A stretch of 64,000 nucleotides of DNA from assembly GCA_963822965.1 (NCBI GenBank), contig CAWGJT010000013.1:32001-96000 (forward strand), written 5' to 3'. The DNA comes from an uncultured delta proteobacterium (GTDB taxonomy: Bacteria; Myxococcota_A; UBA9160; UBA4427). Positions 1 through 9,240 of this stretch are shown here, in pieces. Below the pieces are notes generated by a model. The model made no database searches. It was given only the letters and a program-made list of their open reading frames with translations, and was not told the origin of the DNA. The position numbers and the translations under genes are program-made. Position 1 is the stretch's first letter; each line of letters begins with the position of its first letter.

Positions 1-1082
1 TCTGCTCGCGCCTCGGGCTCGCGCGAGAAGCGGCTCTCGAAGAAGGCTCGAACCGCCAGGGTGGTCAGCATTTGCTGCCGCCCGGCCGAGAGGGTGCGGT
101 CGAACGTCTTTGCACACGGCGGCGGGTAGTCGGTCACCTCGAGCAGGCCCTGCTCCGGCGTCCCGAACTTCCCGTTGAAGGGGTTCTCCGGCGTGGCTTC
201 GGGGTCGGCGCCGCCGAGGCGGCAGCCCACCCGGTCCGGGTTGCCGAAGATCCGCAGGAAGCCGGACGCCACCTGGTCGAACCCGACGTGCGTCCCACCG
301 GCAATCGTGACCAACGCGGCATCGTGCGCGCGATCGAGGATGGGAAGAGCGTTGCGCTCGTAGTCCACGATGGAGTCTGCCGTCCCGGCGATCGTCAGGA
401 ACGGAACCGCGGCGTGATCGAAGAAGCGCGGGCCGAACACGTCGCCCACCCCCGCCAGCGAGATCGCCGCGGCCACGCGCGGGTCTTTCCACTCGGGATG
501 GAACGCGACGAGCGTCGTGGTGACGGCGCCGAGGGATAGGCCGAAGACGCCGATTCGTTCGGCGTCGATCTCGCCTTCGAACGGCCGCTCCGCACCGTCC
601 AGTGCCATGACCCGGTCGATCAGGAAGGACACGTCGCCGGGCTGGTGCACCACGTCGTCGGCGTTCGGCCCACCGGGAGCCCCGATGCAGGTCAGCGGGT
701 AGTCGGCGGCCACGACGACGTAGCCATGGCTCGCCAGGTCCTCCGCGAGGTAGGCGCCGCCGTGGCGCGACGAAACGAAGCCGTGGCTGTAGACCACCAG
801 GGGATGCGCGCCCGGCACGCCCTCCGGATACCAGAGCGCGACCCGGAAGGACCGCACCGGCGAGCCCGGGTAGTCCCCGTTCGCGGGCGTGGGCCGTGAT
901 TCGTCCACCCAATCGGGCTCGACCTTGCCTACGGGATGCGGACCGGGAGCGAGCCGCGCCGCGCTCTCGCTGCCCTCGGGCAGGGGCGCGGGAGCCGTGC
1001 GGATCCACGCGATGCCCAACGCGACGGCGGACAGGACGACGACGAGAGCGACGGCGACGAGCAGCCTGCGGAAGACCTTCAT
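1..1082 (-). CDS. Alpha/beta hydrolase (dienelactone hydrolase/PAF-acetylhydrolase-like) with N-terminal membrane anchor; 3' end lies outside the window
   Basis: Manual translation from ATG at 1082: MKVFRRLLVAVALVVV...PLVVYSHGF...LASHGYVVVAADYP...IGVFGLSLG (GxSxG)...GTADSIV...GGTHVGF. Absent from the ORF track because its stop is off-window. Confidence 0.85.
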   Translation of the reverse strand, partial: MKVFRRLLVAVALVVVLSAVALGIAWIRTAPAPLPEGSESAARLAPGPHPVGKVEPDWVDESRPTPANGDYPGSPVRSFRVALWYPEGVPGAHPLVVYSHGFVSSRHGGAYLAEDLASHGYVVVAADYPLTCIGAPGGPNADDVVHQPGDVSFLIDRVMALDGAERPFEGEIDAERIGVFGLSLGAVTTTLVAFHPEWKDPRVAAAISLAGVGDVFGPRFFDHAAVPFLTIAGTADSIVDYERNALPILDRAHDAALVTIAGGTHVGFDQVASGFLRIFGNPDRVGCRLGGADPEATPENPFNGKFGTPEQGLLEVTDYPPPCAKTFDRTLSAGRQQMLTTLAVRAFFESRFSREPEARA

Positions 1083-1140
1083 GCCTGCCCTCCGATCCGC
1101 CGGGTACTTGTCCGGCGCGGACGGGGTTGGATGGCCGTCC

Positions 1141-1674
1141 TCACAGCTCGACGACCATGTGGATGTCGTCGGGCTCGAGCCGGAAGAGCTCCTCGTTCGG
1201 CTCGTCGGTGGGCGCGAAGCCGCGGCCCAGGTAGAACTCGACGGTGGGCGCGCTGGGAGTCGCGGACACGTAGAGGCGCCGGGCGCCGTCTGTGCGCGCG
1301 AGACGAGCCACCTCGCCCGTGAGCTGCGCCGCGACGCCCCGGCGCCGGTAATCCCTGCTCACGTACAGAGCCGAGAGGTTGCCCACGCCCTCGGCGAGGT
1401 GCGGCCGGTAGATGGCGAAGCCGACCAGGCGCTCGGCGTCGAACGCGCCAACCAGCGTCCCGCCCCGATCGAGGATCGGCTGCCAAGCGTCGATCCGGCC
1501 CCGCAGGCTGTCCTCGTAATCGCCGGTCCGAGACCAGGCCGGAGCCGTGATCTCGACGGATCGCTTCGAGAGACGGCCGTCTCGATGGACGTACTCCTGC
1601 GTCACGTGCTCGGACCGATCGATCTCGCCGATCCGCGCGAGCTCGGAACTCGCCATGTGGCGAATCGTGATCAC
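1141..1674 (-). CDS. GNAT-family N-acetyltransferase
   Basis: Acetyl-CoA motif A (LYVSRDYRRRGVAAQL) and TVEFYLGRGF; GTG start with GGGAGAG upstream. Confidence 0.85.
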   Translation of the reverse strand: MITIRHMASSELARIGEIDRSEHVTQEYVHRDGRLSKRSVEITAPAWSRTGDYEDSLRGRIDAWQPILDRGGTLVGAFDAERLVGFAIYRPHLAEGVGNLSALYVSRDYRRRGVAAQLTGEVARLARTDGARRLYVSATPSAPTVEFYLGRGFAPTDEPNEELFRLEPDDIHMVVEL

Positions 1675-1712
1675 GCTCTCCCTGCCCTCCCTCCCTCGAG
1701 GTTTCGCCGACA

Positions 1713-2323
1713 CTATCCGGCGAGCGAGTCGATCGACGACTGGAGGTTGACGCGGGCCCGATCCTCCAGCGCGTCGCGGAAGTGACGCGTGTGATAGATG
1801 AAGGGGCGCGCCTGGAACTCGCGAAGAATCCTCGACCGGGCGGTGCGATAGGCCGCTTCCGGCACCCAGGAGTATTCCCGACGAATCTGGTCTTCATACT
1901 CAGGAAGCGGGCCCTGGGGGACCCGAGGATCGAGAGATCGACGTCGAGAAGAAGCCTCTCGTCCGGCGACGTGGGCGTGGCGTCGTGCTTCGTGACGATG
2001 ATGAGCCGGTCGATGACGTCGAGGTCCTCCACCGAGAGCATCGGCAGCGCCTCGCGAGCCCAGCGAGCGCTCTGCGCTTCGTTGTCCGACGCCCGGGGCT
2101 CGTACACGGCGTCGTGAAACCACAACGACAGCTCGAGCAGACCCGGATTCGACGCTTCCGCCGGGCAACCGTCGAGCTGCTCGAAGCACTCTGCCAGGTG
2201 TCGCAGCGTGTGATAGGCCCGATGGGGCAGGCCGTACGCCGAGACCAGCTCGTCGATCAGACCCGGAGGCGGGGACCGGTCGAGGCATTCCCAGGTCTGG
2301 CTCCACCGAATCGCGGGTTCCAA
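1713..2323 (-). CDS. HD-superfamily metal-dependent phosphohydrolase (COG4339-like), one frameshift near 1901
   Basis: RAYHTLRHL...LWFHDAVY...DNEAQSA...LDVDLSILG in one frame continues as EYEDQIRREYSWVP...FIYHT in another. One missing G (CTG[G]AG) restores the frame. Confidence 0.8.
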
Positions 2324-2427
2324 CGAACGACCTCGCCCGGTCGGCTACCGACGACCGGCTAGCTGCCGAATACGCAGGACTCGTTTGCGCCGCAAGCCGA
2401 CCCAAGACCTCGTCTTGGGTCGCGCTC

Positions 2428-2916
2428 CTACATGGCAGCGTCCTCTTCACCGGTTCTCCCGAGCAGCAGGATCAGGAAGAAGGAGAACGCGTTCACCAGG
2501 AGACCGAACACGCCGAGAAGATACGGCCATGAGACCCCGAGAACGATGTTGAGCGCCTGCAGCACGAGGATGACTGCAATCCACGCATAGAGGAGTGGCG
2601 ATACCGGAGAACGCGTACCGCCCGCTCGAAACTGTCGGCCTCGGTGCGCTGCAATCGCCGCCTGCCACACCATCAGCGCGACGCTCGCGATGCGCCACTT
2701 CAAGGGCTCCGGCAGCTGGGCTTCGGTCAAGAGGGCGGGCAGCAGCGCGAAGGTGGTCGCCATCGCGGACGCAGTCAGCAGCATCCGGAGCAGGATTCGC
2801 TCCACGTGCGGCCAGCTCGATATGTCGCGATGTCGTATCGCGGCCACGATGCCCGCGAACCCCGCCATTCCGACGGCGGCCTCGACGATGGACGAGAGGA
2901 ACGACTCTGCAGACAA
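2428..2916 (-). CDS. Hypothetical multi-pass membrane protein (162 aa)
   Basis: About five hydrophobic segments; N-terminus FLSSIVEAAVGMAGFAGIV. Confidence 0.7.
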   Translation of the reverse strand: MSAESFLSSIVEAAVGMAGFAGIVAAIRHRDISSWPHVERILLRMLLTASAMATTFALLPALLTEAQLPEPLKWRIASVALMVWQAAIAAHRGRQFRAGGTRSPVSPLLYAWIAVILVLQALNIVLGVSWPYLLGVFGLLVNAFSFFLILLLGRTGEEDAAM

Positions 2917-2921
2917 TGGCG

Positions 2922-3014
2922 GCCCACACGACTGACGGCGGCAGCGCGGCCCGACCCGTTGGGGCAGGAGTCGAGGAGACGGATCCGAGCGTCCGCTGCA
3001 TCGGTTGGTTGCGC
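2922..3014 (-). mobile_element. Degenerate attC-like site
   Basis: Minus strand GCGCAAC-CAACCGATGCAGCGGAC (R''/L''-like) ending in GTGTGGGC (degenerate R') 5 nt before the TTG start of the 162-aa gene; the right arm pairs poorly. Confidence 0.35.
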
Positions 3015-3131
3015 CGGACTACGATACCCCCTCCATGCTGGGAGGGCGAGATTCGCGCTCCTGCAGGCGATCGGCCGCTTCCAGACCCGAGCGGCCCGGC
3101 GTATGATGGCTGCCTCGCTCGCGAGGAGTCC

Positions 3132-4619
3132 ATGGAAGAGACCCGCATCGCCCTGCACACGGCCTTCGAGATCGGCGAGGTCGACCCCCGCATCTTCGGA
3201 GGCTTCCTCGAGCACATGGGCCGCTGCGTCTACGAGGGCGTGTTCGAGCCCGGCTCGCCCCACGCCGACGAGCACGGCTTTCGCGCCGACGTGCTCGCCG
3301 CCCTGGATCGGCTCGCGATGCCCGTCATACGCTATCCCGGCGGCAACTTCGCGTCGGGCTATCACTGGCGCGACGGCGTCGGCCCGCCCGCGTCGCGCCC
3401 CACCGTGCGCGAGCTCGCGTGGCAGAGCATAGAGACCAACCAGTTCGGGACGGAGGAGTTCATGCGGCTGTGCCGCAAGCTCGACTGGACGCCGATGCTC
3501 TCCGTCAACCTCGGCACCGGCACGCCCGAGGAGGCGCGCGACTGGGTCGAGTACTGCAACGCGCCCGCGGGCACGCGCTGGGCCGACCTGCGCGTCGAGA
3601 ACGGCTCGTCCGAGCCGCATGGTGTTCCCTTGTGGTGCCTCGGCAACGAGATGGACGGCCCCTGGCAGCTCGGCCACGTGCCGGCCGGCGAATACGCCAT
3701 CCGCGCCCAACAGGCGGCGAAGATGATGAAGGACGTCGACCGCTCGATCGAAGTCGTTCTCTGCGGATCGTGCGGCGTGGCGATGCCGACCTACATGACC
3801 TGGGACCAGGAGGTGCTGGGACACGTCGGGGGGCTCGTCGACTACGTGAGCCTCCACCGCTACGTCGACAACCGGGCCCAGGACACGCCCGATTTCCTCG
3901 CCGTCACCAACGCCGTCGACCGTCAGATCGAGGAGATGGACTCCGTCTGCCGCTTCATCCAGGCGAAGCGCCGCAGCCGCAAACGCGCCTACCTCTGCTT
4001 CGACGAGTGGAACGTCTGGTACAAGAACATGGAGATGGACGGCGCCGGCAAGCACGCGCCCCACCTGATCGAGGAGATCTACAACCTCGAGGACGCCCTC
4101 GTGGTGGCGGGCTTCTTCAACAGCTTCCTCCGCCACGCCGACGTGGTGAAGATCGCCAACATCGCGCAGATCGTGAACGTGATAGCGCCCATCCTGACGC
4201 GCGGCGACGAGCTGCTGCTGCAGTCGATCTTCCACGTGTTCGAGATGTACTCGAAGCGTAAGCGCGGTCGTTCGCTGCGGCTCGCGGTGCAGGGCCCCAC
4301 CTACGAAGGCAAGACCAACGGCCGGGTCCACACCGTCGACGCGAGCGTCATCCTCGACGGGCCCGCGCTCCATGTCTTCGCGACCAACCGCAGCCTCGAG
4401 GCGGCGGCACCGATCCGGATCGAGCTGGCGGACGGCGCGATCGAGGGGCTCGCCGCCGCCGAGATCGTGACGGGTGACGATCCGAAGGCGGCGAACTCGT
4501 TCGAGGCTCCGGACTGCATCCGAGCCGCCGGCTTCGACGCGGTGAAGGTCGGCGGCGGCCGCGCCTCGCTCGAGCTACCGCCGCTCTCCGTCGCGGCCAT
4601 GACCTTCTCGCTGGCCTGA
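3132..4619 (+). CDS. abfA: Alpha-L-arabinofuranosidase, GH51
   Basis: IFGGFLEHMGRCVYEG, IRYPGGNFASGYHWRDGVGP, WCLGNEMDGPWQ, FDEWNVW, ANIAQIVNV; GAGGAG RBS before the ATG. Confidence 0.93.
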   Translation: MEETRIALHTAFEIGEVDPRIFGGFLEHMGRCVYEGVFEPGSPHADEHGFRADVLAALDRLAMPVIRYPGGNFASGYHWRDGVGPPASRPTVRELAWQSIETNQFGTEEFMRLCRKLDWTPMLSVNLGTGTPEEARDWVEYCNAPAGTRWADLRVENGSSEPHGVPLWCLGNEMDGPWQLGHVPAGEYAIRAQQAAKMMKDVDRSIEVVLCGSCGVAMPTYMTWDQEVLGHVGGLVDYVSLHRYVDNRAQDTPDFLAVTNAVDRQIEEMDSVCRFIQAKRRSRKRAYLCFDEWNVWYKNMEMDGAGKHAPHLIEEIYNLEDALVVAGFFNSFLRHADVVKIANIAQIVNVIAPILTRGDELLLQSIFHVFEMYSKRKRGRSLRLAVQGPTYEGKTNGRVHTVDASVILDGPALHVFATNRSLEAAAPIRIELADGAIEGLAAAEIVTGDDPKAANSFEAPDCIRAAGFDAVKVGGGRASLELPPLSVAAMTFSLA

Positions 4620-4728
4620 TCGCTCGCGGGCTGCCGTGTTGGCCAGCACGATGGTACGGTCCGGAGCAAGGGTTGAGCGCCGCCGGCCAGGAGCCCGAGG
4701 AGAGCGGATCGCCCGCGAGCCCGGCCGA

Positions 4729-5775
4729 TCAGGCCGTCAGCTGGTCGGCCTTGCAGGAGCGCTCGATCATCCCGTAGCTGGTCATCCCGTCCCAGGTGTA
4801 GCAGGCTCCGCCCTGGTGGAGATTGAAGTCGAAGGGCAAACCGTCGGCGACGGTCATGATCCGGTATGTGGTGAGGAGGGTGGTCGCCTCGATGCGCGTG
4901 GTGCCGAGCGAAGACTCGAGCTCGAACGTGGCATCGTCGCCCTCGTCCGCGAGCCGGCGCAGCCACGGGATCTTCGTGGCGCGGGCCGGATGCATCTCGC
5001 CGTCCTGGTAGACGTAGCCCTGGTTGAGGGCCTCGCCGCTGTCGTCCGGGGGGAAGGTGATGAACCCGAAGCCCCGCCCGTCCGGGAAGAGGGCCGACTG
5101 CCAGCAGTGACCGCGGAAGGTGACGAGCGGCCGGACACTCTGCCGCTTGATGCGGGAGCCGACGCAGCGGAAGGAGCGAGAGCTCCCATCCAGCTCCAGC
5201 TCCCCCTCGCCTCGGAACAGATGCTCGAGGCGCCAGCCGAGCCCCATGTTCTGCGCCTCCGAGCGTTGGGCCTCGCTCATCTCAGCGAGCTTCTCGGGCG
5301 AGTTGTCTTCGACCCAGGCCGGGGTCTCCATCGCGAGCTCGACCTCGATCCGGACGGGAACCTTGTTCTTCCGGTCGAGCTTGCGGTGGATCTGCTGGTC
5401 CACCGTGCCGTCTACCGCCTCGCCCTCGTAGCGCATGGCCCAGCGCCGGAAGGGATCGAGGCAGCGGAAGGTCAGCGGCCCCGCCCCGAACACCGTCGGG
5501 CGGCCGTCGGACCCGAAGGGGGAAGGGCCCGGCTCGGCGCCGCTGCCGTCCAGGATGCGACCGCCGGGGAACGCGAAGTTCGCCTGGTAGGGCCGCTTGT
5601 CCCACGACGACGCGATCCCCTCGATGCCGACGCGGGGCATGGCGAATTCGCCGTTCTCTTCGAAGAGCCAGATCGAGGTGCTCTCGCGCATCTCCGGGTC
5701 TTCGGGCTTCTCGGCGAAGAAGAGGTCGTGGTCGGGCGTGAGCCCGTTCGTCAGCTGGTCCAGCTCGAGAGACAT
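4729..5775 (-). CDS. Hypothetical protein (actinobacterial-type, possibly a beta-barrel cyclase/hydratase-like DUF)
   Basis: MRESTSIWLF...PFRRW...GHCWQSALFPDGRGFG...YGMIERS; directly downstream of and co-oriented with the sulfotransferase. Confidence 0.6.
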   Translation of the reverse strand: MSLELDQLTNGLTPDHDLFFAEKPEDPEMRESTSIWLFEENGEFAMPRVGIEGIASSWDKRPYQANFAFPGGRILDGSGAEPGPSPFGSDGRPTVFGAGPLTFRCLDPFRRWAMRYEGEAVDGTVDQQIHRKLDRKNKVPVRIEVELAMETPAWVEDNSPEKLAEMSEAQRSEAQNMGLGWRLEHLFRGEGELELDGSSRSFRCVGSRIKRQSVRPLVTFRGHCWQSALFPDGRGFGFITFPPDDSGEALNQGYVYQDGEMHPARATKIPWLRRLADEGDDATFELESSLGTTRIEATTLLTTYRIMTVADGLPFDFNLHQGGACYTWDGMTSYGMIERSCKADQLTA

Positions 5776-5800
5776 GCTCCCCTCCCTCGTGCGCGGCGGG

Positions 5801-6952
5801 TCAGCGGGCCGTCCACTGCTCCATGCGCTCGACGTACTTGGCGAACAGCGGGCGCACGCGCTCGAGGTCGAGCCCGAACGCGGCCGGCTCCGGGTGGACG
5901 CTGGCCTCCCGCGTCTCGGCGTTCTCGCGCCACCAGCGCTCCATCCCCTGCTCGAAGGTCTCGCTGACGGGCTCGCCCAGCCACGCGTAGAGGTGGCGCA
6001 CCTCGCCGATCGGATCTCGCTGTAGCGCCTGGAAGTGCATGTCGTAGAAGCGCGCGTCGTTGCCCGCGTCCCGGAAGGCGAGCGCGCGCTCCATCCCGAC
6101 GGACCAGTGCTCGACGTTCAGACGGCCCAGGTAGTGCAGGTCGGGCGCTTCGCTCATCAGCTTCGAGACCTCGTAGAAGACGTCCGCCACGGACACCATC
6201 ACGTCGGTGGGATCCCGGTGCGTCATGACGTAGCGCGCGTCCGGGAAGGCGGCGTCGAGCTGGGGGAGGAAGAGCAGGTGGCTCGGACACTTGAGCCGCC
6301 ACGGCCGCCGCGTGGGCTCGCCCCACTGCAGGAGCTTCAGGACGCGCCGCTCGTAGCGGTAGGTGGAGCTCAGGTCGGCTTCGTGGAGCAGCCACGCGGA
6401 GTAGGAGGGGATGTGGGCGTAGGCGTGGAAGTAGTGAGACTTGAAGTCGAGGCCCATCAGATCCTGGCACTCGTAGGGCCCGGTGGGGCTCGAGGGGAGC
6501 ATCGCGGCCATGCGCGGCATCATCTTGGCTTGCACCGCGCCGTTCGCCTCGGCCCGGGCGATCCGCGGGTCGGGCCCGACGACCGTCGCGGGCGGGGGAC
6601 AAGGCTCCCTGCCCTCGAACAACCGGAGCGATCGGGCCCCGGGGTCCTCGCCCAGCAGGAACGAGAGCGCGGTGGACCCCGTGCGGGGCAGGCCGAGACC
6701 GATGAGCGGCGCCTCGAGGGGCTCGTCGTCGATCTCGGGATGGCGGCGGTACCAGTCCTCGACGTGCAGGCGCTGCGACAGCAGGTGGCCGATCAACGCC
6801 GGCATCGCCTGCTTGCCGATCGCGCTGAGCGTGGCCTCCTCGCGCAGCGCGCGCACGAGCCGCTCGAGGCCCTCGCGGAAGGAATCCTCCCCGAAGTCGT
6901 GGAGACCCGTCTGCTTCTCGGCCTCGGCCAGCAGCTCGTCGACCGGTTGCAT
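5801..6952 (-). CDS. Sulfotransferase (Sulfotransfer_3 family)
   Basis: 5'-PSB motif GLPRTGSTAL, WRLKCPSHL, 3'-PB motif THRDPTDVMVS. Confidence 0.9.
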   Translation of the reverse strand: MQPVDELLAEAEKQTGLHDFGEDSFREGLERLVRALREEATLSAIGKQAMPALIGHLLSQRLHVEDWYRRHPEIDDEPLEAPLIGLGLPRTGSTALSFLLGEDPGARSLRLFEGREPCPPPATVVGPDPRIARAEANGAVQAKMMPRMAAMLPSSPTGPYECQDLMGLDFKSHYFHAYAHIPSYSAWLLHEADLSSTYRYERRVLKLLQWGEPTRRPWRLKCPSHLLFLPQLDAAFPDARYVMTHRDPTDVMVSVADVFYEVSKLMSEAPDLHYLGRLNVEHWSVGMERALAFRDAGNDARFYDMHFQALQRDPIGEVRHLYAWLGEPVSETFEQGMERWWRENAETREASVHPEPAAFGLDLERVRPLFAKYVERMEQWTAR

Positions 6953-7086
6953 GCGCCTCAGACCGAGAGTCCGTAGAACCGCACCGCGTTCTCCCCAAAG
7001 ACCTTGCCGCACCTGCGGAACACCCGGTCACTCCGCGATTCTACCACGCGCCGTAGGCCTCGAGCGTCAGCAAGTCCGCTGCAACG

Positions 7087-8157
7087 TCACGCGAGCTCGT
7101 CGAGCGCCGATGGTGTGTCGAGCTCGACGAACGCGGCGGCATAGCGCTGCGCCAGTGCCATCGAGATGTCGGGCCGTTGCCAGCCGCCGTCGTCGGCTGC
7201 CGTCGCGAGCCAGGTCGCGAGACCATGGGCGACCGAGGCTCGGTACCGCAGCCAGGTTTCCTCCGTGCCCGGCCGCTGCGCGGCAGGCAAGTCGAGACTC
7301 GACCGGTACTCCTCCACGAGATCGCGTTCATTCGCTCGCCGATCCTCCTTGGTGATCGCTCCTTGCAGGAAGTACCCCACGTCGATCGACCAATTGGATC
7401 GGCGCGCGACTTGCCAGTCGCGAAAGCCGACGTCGTCGTCTGGAAGCACGTAGGTGTTGCCGATGTGCGCATCCCCGTGGACGAGGGTGGGCGTCGAGGT
7501 CGCCAGCGTCCCGATGAATCGAACCCAATGGTCGTCGACGATCTGCCTTCCGAGTTCGTGTACCTCAGGCGGCACAGTGTCACCCAGTCGCTCGAGCGCG
7601 ATCGGAACGGCGGAGCCCAGCCCCGGCCAGAGGTTGAACGGAGCCAGCCAATTCAGCGCCGGATGGCGTGTCCCCCGCGCACCCCAGAAGTGACCGTGCA
7701 GACGGGCGAGGCCGCGAAGGCCGCTTGCCGCCTGGTCGACGGTCATGGGTCGCGTTGCGTCGCGCGGGTCGGCGCCGCGGGCAACGACGTCCTCCATCAC
7801 CATCACCCAGTCCCTTCCGGGCTCGTCGATCAGGGTCAGGTAGACGAGTGGGTGATCGACCGGCAGCGACACGCCCGAGCTGAAGAGCCGAGGCTCGTGG
7901 AAGAGGCCGCTCGTCGCTTCGACGAGTGCCACGTGCCTGGGATCGACCTTCTTCAGAAAGACGGTCGCCGGACCCGAGCCAGACGCATAGGTCAGCCCGA
8001 GGCGTGCTCGCCGATTGGTTCCGTCGTCGCGCAGCAGCAATGTGACGTCGGCCACCTCGACGCCCAAGTGATGCCGTGAGAGAGCGGCCGTCATCCACGC
8101 CGGGGTGATGTCCTTCCACTCACCAGGAATCCACAAGGCCACGCCGTCCCGCCCCAT
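7087..8157 (-). CDS. Aminoglycoside/ecdysteroid kinase-like phosphotransferase
   Basis: Brenner motif LVHGDAHIGN followed by DWQ; ITPAWMTAAL N-terminus. Confidence 0.85.
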   Translation of the reverse strand: MGRDGVALWIPGEWKDITPAWMTAALSRHHLGVEVADVTLLLRDDGTNRRARLGLTYASGSGPATVFLKKVDPRHVALVEATSGLFHEPRLFSSGVSLPVDHPLVYLTLIDEPGRDWVMVMEDVVARGADPRDATRPMTVDQAASGLRGLARLHGHFWGARGTRHPALNWLAPFNLWPGLGSAVPIALERLGDTVPPEVHELGRQIVDDHWVRFIGTLATSTPTLVHGDAHIGNTYVLPDDDVGFRDWQVARRSNWSIDVGYFLQGAITKEDRRANERDLVEEYRSSLDLPAAQRPGTEETWLRYRASVAHGLATWLATAADDGGWQRPDISMALAQRYAAAFVELDTPSALDELA

Positions 8158-8308
8158 TCACGTCGCGTCGTCGCGATCTCAGCACCCGTGCCGGCGGTAG
8201 TGCGATTCGATCGCAGTCGCGCTGGCCTTCTGGCGTACACCCGCGCGCGGTTCACAAAGGAGGTTAACGGCAGCGGCCTTCTGCGTTCCGGAGCCCATCG
8301 CTCATAGG

Positions 8309-8442
8309 CTCTAACGGATCGGGCTTCAACTGCAACAGACAGCGCTGACCGTCAACGCGATGCCGCAGAGTCCCGACGCCAGAATGCTACCGAACTCAGG
8401 AACGCCCAGCTGTTTGTTGTCAGCTGCAAGCCCTTGTTATGC
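8309..8442 (-). mobile_element. attC site (134 bp)
   Basis: GCATAAC-AAGGGCTTGCAGCTGAC...GCAGTTGAAGCCCGATCC-GTTAGAG; imperfect palindrome just after a stop codon. Confidence 0.9.
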
Positions 8443-8446
8443 GGAA

Positions 8447-8920
8447 CTATGCTTCCCCGTTGTACTGAGGCTGATCAAAGGTTTGCGTCTCGGGATCGAA
8501 GGAGATCCCCCAGAACCAGTCGCCGCCGTCGCAGACTATGACTGCTTCCGTGCGCCAGCTCTGATCGGAGGAGTCGATCCCTTCCGAGTTGTGGAGGAAG
8601 GAGCCGTAGATGAGCCGCCTTCCGTTCGAGACGACACCGACGTACTGGCGGGTGAACTCCTCTAGCCGCGCAGATGGCGCCCGTTGAGCCAATTCAGAGA
8701 GGTAGCCGGGAAGCTTCGCTTCTAGCTTGAGGACATCGGGCTCCGAGGGCAACCAGTAGCCGTCCACGGGACTAACGGTTGGACGAGAGCACTGCTCTAG
8801 GACGTTGGGGGCCTCCGAAACGGGAAGAATGACAACCCCGGGCGGGAGTCGCGAAGTACCGGCTGACGCGCACCCCGCCAGAAGCAGAGCGCAGAGGATA
8901 TGGGTTGTGACTCGATGCAT
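8447..8920 (-). CDS. Cassette-encoded lipoprotein of unknown function
   Basis: Lipobox LLLAGC; the cassette starts GTTATGCGGCAC and ends GTTCCGCATAAC. Confidence 0.8.
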   Translation of the reverse strand: MHRVTTHILCALLLAGCASAGTSRLPPGVVILPVSEAPNVLEQCSRPTVSPVDGYWLPSEPDVLKLEAKLPGYLSELAQRAPSARLEEFTRQYVGVVSNGRRLIYGSFLHNSEGIDSSDQSWRTEAVIVCDGGDWFWGISFDPETQTFDQPQYNGEA

Positions 8921-8928
8921 CGCGTGCC

Positions 8929-9054
8929 GCATAACGGACATGGTGTTCAGCGGCCTGGCCCGCTGACCGCCAGCGGGACGCCGCCGAGCACCGACGCGAG
9001 AAGCCTACCACGACAGCAGCGGCGCGCTGAGGCCAGGTCCGCTGTAACACCTTG
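8929..9054 (-). mobile_element. attC site with disrupted R'' box
   Basis: CAAGGTGTTACAGCGGACCTGGCC...GGCCAGGCCGCTGAACACCATGTCC-GTTATGC; the expected RYYYAAC is replaced by GAGGATC. Confidence 0.8.
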
Positions 9055-9169
9055 ATCCTCATTCAGGCCCCCTCCTCGAACCTACTCCACACGGAGTAGG
9101 CTGGTTGGAGCACCACCACCAACCGTTCAAGGAGAGAGCCATGCGATTCTACACCACGACGCACCAGCA
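9055..9169 (+). mobile_element. Probable left-end remnant of an IS110-family element
   Basis: 86-nt non-coding segment with hairpins (CCTACTCC-acac-GGAGTAGG; GGTTGG...CCAACC), AAGGAG RBS, then ATG at 9141 encoding MRFYTTTHQ. This resembles, from recall, the MRFYTxxHxFYCGIDLH N-terminus of a group of IS110 transposases. Confidence 0.5.
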
Positions 9170-9226
9170 GCCGGCGAAGGCTGCAGCGACCTCTCCGAGT
9201 GAGGTTAAGACGTCCTCCGGATGCAC
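9149..9226 (-). pseudogene. Truncated cassette gene (membrane-protein family similar to 2428..2916)
   Basis: GAGG RBS and GTG right after attC R'; MHPEDVLTSLGEVAAAFAG then runs into IS-derived sequence and stops. Confidence 0.55.
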
Positions 9227-9240
9227 GATTTCCTCACGCC

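Noticed and set aside
2397..2422. Hairpin GACCCAAGAC-ctc-GTCTTGGGTC as an attC
   Set aside because: No R''/L'' boxes; more likely a simple terminator-like stem.
9050..9140. Group IIC-attC intron at the broken R'' box
   Set aside because: The insert does not begin with GTGYG and no reverse transcriptase sequence is present.
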